NCBI RefSeq assembly: GCF_009914755.1
Contig: NC_060941.1
Reading direction: 5' to 3' (one strand)
From: the human T2T-CHM13v2.0 reference genome, Homo sapiens
Length of the DNA: 64,000 bases
Below, piece by piece: positions 50,165 to 62,100 of the stretch (positions are counted from its first letter, which is position 1; each line of letters starts with the position of its first letter). The notes below the pieces were generated by a model. That model was not told the origin of the DNA. It worked only from the letters and a program-made list of their open reading frames with translations, and did no database searches. Position numbers and translations under genes: made by a program.

Positions 50165-53100
50165 GAATTCGTTGGAAACGGGATAATTTCAGCTGACTAA
50201 ACAGAAGCAGTCTCAGAATCTTCTTTGTGATGTTTGCATTCAAATCCCAGAGTTGAACTTTCCTTTCAAAGTTCACGTTTGAAACACTCTTTTTGCAGGA
50301 TCTACAAGTGGATATTTGGACCACTCTGTGTCCTTCATTCGAAACGGGTATATCTTCACATGACATCTAGACAGAAGCATTCTCAGAAGCTTCTCTGTGA
50401 TGACTGCATTCAACTCACGGAGTTGAACACTCCTTTTGAGAGCGCAGTTTTGAAACTCTCTTTCTGTGGCATCTGCAAGGGGACATGTAGACCTCTTTGA
50501 AGATTTCGTTGGAAACGGAATCATCTTCACATAAAAACTATACAGATGCATTCTCAGGAACTTTTTGGTGATGTTTGTATTCAACTCCCAGAGTTGAACT
50601 TTCCTTTGGAAAGAGCAGCTATGAAACACTCTTTTTCTAGAATCTGCAAGTGGACGTTTGGAGGGCTTTGTGGTTTGTGGTGGAAAAGGAAATATCTTCA
50701 CCTAAATACTAGATAGAAGCATTCTCAGAAACTGCTTTGTGATGATTGCATTCACCTCACAGAGTTGAACATTCCTATTGATAGAGCAGTTTGGAAACAC
50801 TCTTGTTGTGGAATGTGCAAGTGGAGATTTGGAGCGCTTTGAGGCCTATGGTAGTAAAGGGAATAGCTTCATAGAAAAACTAGACAGAAGCATTCTCAGA
50901 AAATACTTTGTGATGATTGAGTTTAACTCACAGAGCTGAACATTCCTTTGGATGGAGCAGGTTTGAGACACACTTTTTGTAGAATCTGCAAGTGGATATT
51001 TGGACCTCTCTGAGGATTTCGTTGGAAACGCGATAACTGCACCTAACTAAACGGAAGCATTCTCAGAAACTTCTTGGTGATGTTTGCATTCAAATCCCAG
51101 AGTTGAACCTTCCTGTGATAGTTCAGGTTTGAAACACTCTTTTTGTAGGATCTGCAAGTGGATATTTGGACCACTCTGTGGCCTTCGTTCGAAACGGGTA
51201 CATCTTCACATAAAATCTAGACAGAAGCCTTCTCAGAAACTTCTCTGTGATGATTGCATTCAACTCACAGATTTGAACCCTCCTATGGATAGAGCATTCT
51301 TGAAACTCTCTTTTTGTGGAATCTGCAAGTGGATATGTGGACCTCTCCGAAGATGTCTTTGGAAACGGGAATATCTTCACATAAAAACTAAACAGAAGCA
51401 TTCTCAGAAACTTCTCTGTGATGTTTGTGTTCAACTCCCAGAGTTTCACATTGCTTTTCATAGAGTAGTTCTGAAACATGCTTTTCGTAGTGTCTGCAAG
51501 TGGACATTTGGAGCGCTTTCAGGACTGTGGTGGAAAACGAATTATGGTCCCATAAAAACTGGAGAGAAGCATTGTCAGAAACTTCTTTGTGATGATTGCA
51601 TTCAACTCACAGAGATGAAGGTTCCTTTACAAACAGCAGTTTCCAAACACTCTTTCTGTGGAATCTGCAAGTGGATATTTGGACCTCTTTGAAGATTTCG
51701 TTGGAAACGGGAGAATCTTCACAGAAAAGCTAAACAGAAGCATTCTCAGAAACTTCTTTGTGATGCTTGCATTCAACTCACAGAGTTGAACTTTCCTTTC
51801 GAGAGAGAAGCTTTGAAACACTCTTTTTCCAGAATCTGCAAGTGGACATTTGGAGGGCTTTGAGGCCTGTGGTGGAAAAGGAATTAACTTCCCGTAAAAG
51901 CTAGATAGAAGCATTCTCAGAAACTACTTTGTGATGATTGCATTCAAGTCACAGAGTTGAACATTCCCTTTGACAGAGCAGTTTGGAAACTCTCTTTGTG
52001 TAGAATCTGCAAGTGGAGATATGGACCGCTTTGAGGCCTATGGTAGTAAAGGAAATAGCTTCATATAAAAGCTAGACAGTAGCATTCACAGAAAACTCTT
52101 GGTGACGACTGAGTTTAACTCACAGAGCTGAACATTCCTTTGGATGGAGCAGTTTCGAAACACACTATTTGTAGAATGTGCAAGTGGATATTTGGGCCTC
52201 TCTGAGGATTTCGTTGGAAACGGGATAAACCGCACAGAACTAAACAGAAGCATTCTCAGAACCTTCTTCGTGATGTTTGCATTCAACTCACAGTGTTGAA
52301 CCTTTCTTTCATAGTTCAGGTTTGAAACGGTCTTTCTGTAGAAACTGCAAGTAGATATTTGGACCTCTCTGAGGATTTCGTTGGAAACGGGATAAACCGC
52401 ACAGAACTAAAACAGAAGCATTCTCAGAACCCTCTTCGTGATGTTTGCATTCAACTCACAGTGCTGAACCTTTCTTTGATAGTTCAGCTTTGAAACACTC
52501 TTCTTGTAGAAACTGCAAGTGGATATTTGGTCCTCTCTGAGGATTTCGTTGGAAACGGGATAAACCGCACAGAACTAAACAGAAGCATTCTCAGAACCTT
52601 CTTCGTGATGTCTGCATTCAACTCACAGTGTGGAACCTTTCTTTGATAGTTCAGGTTTGAAACACTCTTTTTGTAGAAACTGCAAGGGGATAATTGCACT
52701 TCTTTGAGGCCTACCGTAGTAAAGGAAATAACTTCCTATAGAAAGAAGACAGAAGCTTTCTCAGAAAATTCTTTGGGATGATTGAGTGGAACTCACAGAG
52801 CTGAACATTCCTTGCGATGTAGCAGTTTAGAAACACACTTTCTGCAGAATCTGCAAGTGCATATTTGGACCTCTCTGAGGAATTCGTTGGAAACGGGATA
52901 ATTTCAGCTGACTAAACAGAAGCAGTCTCAGAATCTTCTTTGTGATGTTTGCATTCAAATCCCAGAGTTGAACTTTCCTTTCAAAGTTCACGTTTGAAAC
53001 ACTCTTTTTGCAGGATCTACAAGTGGATATTTGGACCACTCTGTGTCCTTCGTTCGAAACGGGTATATCTTCACATGACATCTAGACAGAAGCATTCTCA

Positions 53101-56100
53101 GAAGCTTCTCTGTGATGACTGCATTCAACTCACGGAGTTGAACACTCCTTTTGAGAGCGCAGTTTTGAAACTCTCTTTCTGTGGCATCTGCAAGGGGACA
53201 TGTAGACCTCTTTGAAGATTTCGTTGGAAACGGAATCATCTTCACATAAAAACTATACAGATGCATTCTCAGGAACTTTTTGGTGATGTTTGTATTCAAC
53301 TCCCAGAGTTGAACTTTCCTTTGGAAAGAGCAGCTATGAAACACTCTTTTTCTAGAATCTGCAAGTGGACGTTTGGAGGGCTTTGTGGTTTGTGGTGGAA
53401 AAGGAAATATCTTCACCTAAATACTAGATAGAAGCATTCTCAGAAACTGCTTTGTGATGATTGCATTCACCTCACAGAGTTGAACATTCCTATTGATAGA
53501 GCAGTTTGGAAACACTCTTGTTGTGGAATGTGCAAGTGGAGATTTGGAGCGCTTTGAGGCCTATGGTAGTAAAGGGAATAGCTTCATAGAAAAACTAGAC
53601 AGAAGCATTCTCAGAAAATACTTTGTGATGATTGAGTTTAACTCACAGAGCTGAACATTCCTTTGGATGGAGCAGGTTTGAGACACACTTTTTGTAGAAT
53701 CTACAAGTGGATATTTGGACCTCTCTGAGGATTTCGTTGGAAACGCGATAACTGCACCTAACTAAACGGAAGCATTCTCAGAAACTTATTGGTGATGTTT
53801 GCATTCAAATCCCAGAGTTGAACCTTCCTGTGATAGTTCAGGTTTGAAACACTCATTTTGTAGGATCTGCAAGTGGATATTTGGACCACTCTGTGGCCTT
53901 CGTTCGAAACGGGTACATCTTCACATAAAATCTAGACAGAAGCCTTCTCAGAAACTTCTCTGTGATGATTGCATTCAACTCACAGATTTGAACCCTCCTA
54001 TGGATAGAGCATTGTTGAAACTCTCTTTTTGTGGAATCTGCAAGTGGATATGTGGACCTCTCCGAAGATGTCTTTGGAAACGGGAATATCTTCACATAAA
54101 AACTAAACAGAAGCATTCTCAGAAACTTCTCTGTGATGTTTGTGTTCAACTCCCAGAATTTCACATTGCTTTTCATAGAGTAGTTCTGAAACATGCTTTT
54201 CGTAGTGTCTGCAAGTGGACATTTGGAGCGCTTTCAGGACTGTGGTGGAAAACGAATTATGGTCCCATAAAAACTGGAGAGAAGCATTGTCAGAAACTTC
54301 TTTGTGATGATTGCATTCAACTCACAGAGATGAAGGTTCCTTTACAAACAGCAGTTTCCAAACACTCTTTCTGTGGAATCTGCAAGTGGATATTTGGACC
54401 TCTTTGAAGATTTCGTTGGAAACGGGAGAATCTTCACAGAAAAGCTAAACAGAAGCATTCTCAGAAACTTCTTTGTGATGCTTGCATTCAACTCACAGAG
54501 TTGAACTTTCCTTTCGAGAGAGAAGCTTTGAAACACTCTTTTTCCAGAATCTGCAAGTGGACATTTGGAGGGCTTTGAGGCCTGTGGTGGAAAAGGAATT
54601 AACTTCCCGTAAAAGCTAGATAGAAGCATTCTCAGAAACTACTTTGTGATGATTGCATTCAAGTCACAGAGTTGAACATTCCCTTTGACAGAGCAGTTTG
54701 GAAACTCTCTTTGTGTAGAATCTGCAAGTGGAGATATGGACCGCTTTGAGGCCTATGGTAGTAAAGGAAATAGCTTCATATAAAAGCTAGACAGTAGCAT
54801 TCACAGAAAACTCTTGGTGACGACTGAGTTTAACTCACAGAGCTGAACATTCCTTTGGATGGAGCAGTTTCGAAACACACTATTTGTAGAATGTGCAAGT
54901 GGATATTTGGGCCTCTCTGAGGATTTCGTTGGAAACGGGATAAACCGCACAGAACTAAACAGAAGCATTCTCAGAACCTTCTTCGTGATGTTTGCATTCA
55001 ACTCACAGTGTTGAACCTTTCTTTCATAGTTCAGGTTTGAAACGGTCTTTCTGTAGAAACTGCAAGTAGATATTTGGACCTCTCTGAGGATTTCGTTGGA
55101 AACGGGATAAACCGCACAGAACTAAAACAGAAGCATTCTCAGAACCCTCTTCGTGATGTTTGCATTCAACTCACAGTGCTGAACCTTTCTTTGATAGTTC
55201 AGCTTTGAAACACTCTTCTTGTAGAAACTGCAAGTGGATATTTGGTCCTCTCTGAGGATTTCGTTGGAAACGGGATAAACCGCACAGAACTAAACAGAAG
55301 CATTCTCAGAACCTTCTTCGTGATGTCTGCATTCAACTCACAGTGTGGAACCTTTCTTTGATAGTTCAGGTTTGAAACACTCTTTTTGTAGAAACTGCAA
55401 GGGGATAATTGCACTTCTTTGAGGCCTACCGTAGTAAAGGAAATAACTTCCTATAGAAAGAAGACAGAAGCTTTCTCAGAAAATTCTTTGGGATGATTGA
55501 GTGGAACTCACAGAGCTGAACATTCCTTGCGATGTAGCAGTTTAGAAACACACTTTCTGCAGAATCTGCAAGTGCATATTTGGACCTCTCTGAGGAATTC
55601 GTTGGAAACGGGATAATTTCAGCTGACTAAACAGAAGCAGTCTCAGAATCTTCTTTGTGATGTTTGCATTCAAATCCCAGAGTTGAACTTTCCTTTCAAA
55701 GTTCACGTTTGAAACACTCTTTTTGCAGGATCTACAAGTGGATATTTGGACCACTCTGTGTCCTTCGTTCGAAACGGGTATATCTTCACATGACATCTAG
55801 ACAGAAGCATTCTCAGAAGCTTCTCTGTGATGACTGCATTCAACTCACGGAGTTGAACACTCCTTTTGAGAGCGCAGTTTTGAAACTCTCTTTCTGTGGC
55901 ATCTGCAAGGGGACATGTAGACCTCTTTGAAGATTTCGTTGGAAACGGAATCATCTTCACATAAAAACTATACAGATGCATTCTCAGGAACTTTTTGGTG
56001 ATGTTTGTATTCAACTCCCAGAGTTGAACTTTCCTTTGGAAAGAGCAGCTATGAAACACTCTTTTTCTAGAATCTGCAAGTGGACGTTTGGAGGGCTTTG

Positions 56101-59100
56101 TGGTTTGTGGTGGAAAAGGAAATATCTTCACCTAAATACTAGATAGAAGCATTCTCAGAAACTGCTTTGTGATGATTGCATTCACCTCACAGAGTTGAAC
56201 ATTCCTATTGATAGAGCAGTTTGGAAACACTCTTGTTGTGGAATGTGCAAGTGGAGATTTGGAGCGCTTTGAGGCCTATGGTAGTAAAGGGAATAGCTTC
56301 ATAGAAAAACTAGACAGAAGCATTCTCAGAAAATACTTTGTGATGATTGAGTTTAACTCACAGAGCTGAACATTCCTTTGGATGGAGCAGGTTTGAGACA
56401 CACTTTTTGTAGAATCTACAAGTGGATATTTGGACCTCTCTGAGGATTTCGTTGGAAACGCGATAACTGCACCTAACTAAACGGAAGCATTCTCAGAAAC
56501 TTATTGGTGATGTTTGCATTCAAATCCCAGAGTTGAACCTTCCTGTGATAGTTCAGGTTTGAAACACTCATTTTGTAGGATCTGCAAGTGGATATTTGGA
56601 CCACTCTGTGGCCTTCGTTCGAAACGGGTACATCTTCACATAAAATCTAGACAGAAGCCTTCTCAGAAACTTCTCTGTGATGATTGCATTCAACTCACAG
56701 ATTTGAACCCTCCTATGGATAGAGCATTGTTGAAACTCTCTTTTTGTGGAATCTGCAAGTGGATATGTGGACCTCTCCGAAGATGTCTTTGGAAACGGGA
56801 ATATCTTCACATAAAAACTAAACAGAAGCATTCTCAGAAACTTCTCTGTGATGTTTGTGTTCAACTCCCAGAATTTCACATTGCTTTTCATAGAGTAGTT
56901 CTGAAACATGCTTTTCGTAGTGTCTGCAAGTGGACATTTGGAGCGCTTTCAAGCCTGTGGTGGAAAACGAATTATGGTCCCATAAAAACTGGAGAGAAGC
57001 ATTGTCAGAAACTTCTTTGTGATGATTGCATTCAACTCACAGAGATGAAGGTTCCTTTACAAACAGCAGTTTCCAAACACTCTTTCTGTGGAATCTGCAA
57101 GTGGATATTTGGACCTCTTTGAAGATTTCGTTGGAAACGGGAGAATCTTCACAGAAAATCTAAACAGAAGCATTCTCAGAAACTTCTTTGTGATGCTTGC
57201 ATTCAACTCACAGAGTTGAACTTTCCTTTCGAGAGAGAAGCTTTGAAACACTCTTTTTCCAGAATCTGCAAGTGGACATTTGGAGGGCTTTGAGGCCTGT
57301 GGTGGAAAAGGAATTAACTTCCCGTAAAAGCTAGATAGAAGCATTCTCAGAAACTACTTTGTGATGATTGCATTCAAGTCACAGAGTTGAACATTCCCTT
57401 TGACAGAGCAGTTTGGAAACTCTCTTTGTGTAGAATCTGCAAGTGGAGATATGGACCGCTTTGAGGCCTATGGTAGTAAAGGAAATAGCTTCATATAAAA
57501 GCTAGACAGTAGCATTCACAGAAAACTCTTGGTGACGACTGAGTTTAACTCACAGAGCTGAACATTCCTTTGGATGGAGCAGTTTCGAAACACACTATTT
57601 GTAGAATGTGCAAGTGGATATTTGGGCCTCTCTGAGGATTTCGTTGGAAACGGGATAAACCGCACAGAACTAAACAGAAGCATTCTCAGAACCTTCTTCG
57701 TGATGTTTGCATTCAACTCACAGTGTTGAACCTTTCTTTGATAGTTCAGGTTTGAAACGGTCTTTCTGTAGAAACTGCAAGTAGATATTTGGACCTCTCT
57801 GAGGATTTCGTTGGAAACGGGATAAACCGCACAGAACTAAAACAGAAGCATTCTCAGAACCCTCTTCGTGATGTTTGCATTCAACTCACAGTGCTGAACC
57901 TTTCTTTGATAGTTCAGCTTTGAAACACTCTTCTTGTAGAAACTGCAAGTGGATATTTGGTCCTCTCTGAGGATTTCGTTGGAAACGGGATAAACCGCAC
58001 AGAACTAAACAGAAGCATTCTCAGAACCTTCTTCGTGATGTCTGCATTCAACTCACAGTGTGGAACCTTTCTTTGATAGTTCAGGTTTGAAACACTCTTT
58101 TTGTAGAAACTGCAAGGGGATAATTGCACTTCTTTGAGGCCTACCGTAGTAAAGGAAATAACTTCCTATAGAAAGAAGACAGAAGCTTTCTCAGAAAATT
58201 CTTTGGGATGATTGAGTGGAACTCACAGAGCTGAACATTCCTTGCGATGTAGCAGTTTAGAAACACACTTTCTGCAGAATCTGCAAGTGCATATTTGGAC
58301 CTCTCTGAGGAATTCGTTGGAAACGGGATAATTTCAGCTGACTAAACAGAAGCAGTCTCAGAATCTTCTTTGTGATGTTTGCATTCAAATCCCAGAGTTG
58401 AACTTTCCTTTCAAAGTTCACGTTTGAAACACTCTTTTTGCAGGATCTACAAGTGGATATTTGGACCACTCTGTGTCCTTCGTTCGAAACGGGTATATCT
58501 TCACACGACATCTAGACAGAAGCATCCTCAGAAGCTTCTCTGTGATGACTGCATTCAACTCACGGAGTTGAACACTCCTTTTGAGAGCGCAGTTTTGAAA
58601 CTCTCTTTCTGTGGCATCTGCAAGGGGACATGTAGACCTCTTTGAAGATTTCGTTGGAAACGGAATCATCTTCACATAAAAACTATACAGATGCATTCTC
58701 AGGAACTTTTTGGTGATGTTTGTATTCAACTCCCAGAGTTGAACTTTCCTTTGGAAAGAGCAGCTATGAAACACTCTTTTTCTAGAATCTGCAAGTGGAC
58801 GTTTGGAGGGCTTTGTGGTTTGTGGTGGAAAAGGAAATATCTTCACCTAAATACTAGATAGAAGCATTCTCAGAAACTGCTTTGTGATGATTGCATTCAC
58901 CTCACAGAGTTGAACATTCCTATTGATAGAGCAGTTTGGAAACACTCTTGTTGTGGAATGTGCAAGTGGAGACTTGGAGCGTTTTGAGGCCTATGGTAGT
59001 AAAGGGAATAGCTTCATAGAAAAACTAGACAGAAGCATTCTCAGAAAATACTTTGTGATGATTGAGTTTAACTCACAGAGCTGAACATTCCTTTGGATGG

Positions 59101-62100
59101 AGCAGGTTTGAGACACACTTTTTGTAGAAACTACAAGTGGATATTTGGACCTCTCTGAGGATTTCGTTGGAAACGCGATAACTGCACCTAATTAAACGGA
59201 AGCATTCTCAGAAACTTCTTGGTGATGTTTGCATTCAAATCCCAGAGTTGAACCTTCCTTTGATAGTTCAGGTTTGAAACACTCTTTTTGTAGGATCTGC
59301 AAGTGGATATTTGGACCACTCTGTGGCCTTCGTTCGAAACGGGTACATCTTCCCATAAAATCTAGACAGAAGCCTTCTCAGAAACTTCTCTGTGATGATT
59401 GCATTCAACTCACAGAGTTGAACCCTCCTATGGATAGAGCATTGTTGAAACTCTCTTTTTGTGGAATCTGCAAGTGGATATGTGGACCTCTCCGAAGATG
59501 TCTTTGGAAACGGGAATATCTTCACATAAAAACTAAACAGAAGCATTCTCAGAAACTTCTCTGTGATGTTTGTGTTCAACTCCCAGAGTTTCACATTGCT
59601 TTTCATAGAGTAGTTCTGAAACATGCTTTTCGTAGTGTCTGCAAGTAGACATTTGGAGCGCTTTCAGGCCTGTGGTGGAAAACGAATTATGGTCCCATAA
59701 AAACTGGAGAGAAGCATTGTCAGAAACTTCTTTGTGATGATTGCATTCAACTCACGGAGATGAAGGTTCCTTTACAAACAGCAGTTTCCAAACACTCTTT
59801 CTGTGGAATCTGCAAGTGGATATTTGGACCTCTTTGAAGATTTCGTTGGAAACGGGAGAATCTTCACAGAAAAGCTAAACAGAAGCATTCTCAGAAACTT
59901 CTTTGTGATGCTTGCATTCAACTCACAGAGTTGAACTTTCCTTTCGAGAGAGAAGCTTTGAAACACTCTTTTTCCAGAATCTGCAAGTGGACATTTGGAG
60001 GGCTTTGAGGCCTGTGGTGGAAAAGGAATTAACTTCCCGTAAAAGCTAGATAGAAGCATTCTCAGAAACTACTTTGTGATGATTGCATTCAAGTCACAGA
60101 GTTGAACATTCCCTTTGACAGAGCAGTTTGGAAACTCTCTTTGTGTAGAATCTGCAAGTGGAGATATGGACCGCTTTGAGGCCTATGGTAGTAAAGGAAA
60201 TAGCTTCATATAAAAGCTAGACAGTAGCATTCACAGAAAACTCTTGGTGACGACTGAGTTTAACTCACAGAGCTGAACATTCCTTTGGATGGAGCAGTTT
60301 CGAAACACACTATTTGTAGAATGTGCAAGTGGATATTTGGGCCTCTCTGAGGATTTCGTTGGAAACGGGATAAACCGCACAGAACTAAACAGAAGCATTC
60401 TCAGAACCTTCTTCGTGATGTTTGCATTCAACTCACAGTGTTGAACCTTTCTTTGATAGTTCAGGTTTGAAACGGTCTTTCTGTAGAAACTGCAAGTAGA
60501 TATTTGGACCTCTCTGAGGATTTCGTTGGAAACGGGATAAACCGCACAGAACTAAAACAGAAGCATTCTCAGAACCCTCTTCGTGATGTTTGCATTCAAC
60601 ACACAGTGCTGAACCTTTCTTTGATAGTTCAGCTTTGAAACACTCTTCTTGTAGAAACTGCAAGTGGATATTTGGTCCTCTCTGAGGATTTCGTTGGAAA
60701 CGGGATAAACCGCACAGAACTAAACAGAAGCATTCTCAGAACCTTCTTCGTGATGTCTGCATTCAACTCACAGTGTGGAACCTTTCTTTGATAGTTCAGG
60801 TTTGAAACACTCTTTTTGTAGAAACTGCAAGGGGATAATTGCACTTCTTTGAGGCCTACCGTAGTAAAGGAAATAACTTCCTATAGAAAGAAGACAGAAG
60901 CTTTCTCAGAAAATTCTTTGGGATGATTGAGTGGAACTCACAGAGCTGAACATTCCTTGCGATGTAGCAGTTTAGAAACACACTTTCTGCAGAATCTGCA
61001 AGTGCATATTTGGACCTCTCCGAGGAATTCGTTGGAAACGGGATAATTTCAGCTGACTAAACAGAAGCAGTCTCAGAATCTTCTTTGTGATGTTTGCATT
61101 CAAATCCCAGAGTTGAACTTTCCTTTCAAAGTTCACGTTTGAAACACTCTTTTTGCAGGATCTACAAGTGGATATTTGGACCACTCTGTGTCCTTCGTTC
61201 GAAACGGGTATATCTTCACATGACATCTAGACAGAAGCATTCTCAGAAGCTTCTCTGTGATGACTGCATTCAACTCACGGAGTTGAACACTCCTTTTGAG
61301 AGCGCAGTTTTGAAACTCTCTTTCTGTGGCATCTGCAAGGGGACATGTAGACCTCTTTGAAGATTTCGTTGGAAACGGAATCATCTTCACATAAAAACTA
61401 TACAGATGCATTCTCAGGAACTTTTTGGTGATGTTTGTATTCAACTCCCAGAGTTGAACTTTCCTTTGGAAAGAGCAGCTATGAAACACTCTTTTTCTAG
61501 AATCTGCAAGTGGACGTTTGGAGGGCTTTGTGGTTTGTGGTGGAAAAGGAAATATCTTCACCTAAATACTAGATAGAAGCATTCTCAGAAACTGCTTTGT
61601 GATGATTGCATTCACCTCACAGAGTTGAACATTCCTATTGATAGAGCAGTTTGGAAACACTCTTGTTGTGGAATGTGCAAGTGGAGATTTGGAGCGCTTT
61701 GAGGCCTATGGTAGTAAAGGGAATAGCTTCATAGAAAAACTAGACAGAAGCATTCTCAGAAAATACTTTGTGATGATTGAGTTTAACTCACAGAGCTGAA
61801 CATTCCTTTGGATGGAGCAGGTTTGAGACACACTTTTTGTAGAATCTACAAGTGGATATTTGGACCTCTCTGAGGATTTCGTTGGAAACGGGATAACTGC
61901 ACCTAACTAAACGGAAGCATTCTCAGAAACTTCTTGGTGATGTTTGCATTCAAATCCCAGAGTTGAACCTTCCTGTGATAGTACAGGTTTGAAACACTCT
62001 TTTTGTAGGATCTGCAAGTGGATATTTGGACCACTCTGTGGCCTTCGTTCGAAAAGGGTACATCTTCACATAAAATCTAGACAGAAGCCTTCTCAGAAAC

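Larger units (their letters stand above)
37100..52714 (+). repeat. Tandem duplication of a three-HOR block (16+14+16 monomers; 2 x 7807 bp); ends approximate
   Basis: ORF-track proteins are identical at 7807 bp offset (38185/45992, 40562/48369, 43277/51084). Shared private variants include GTCAGCAAG, TGAAGATTG, CTGCACAATC, GATACATTC and GAGCATTCTTG. Confidence 0.9.
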
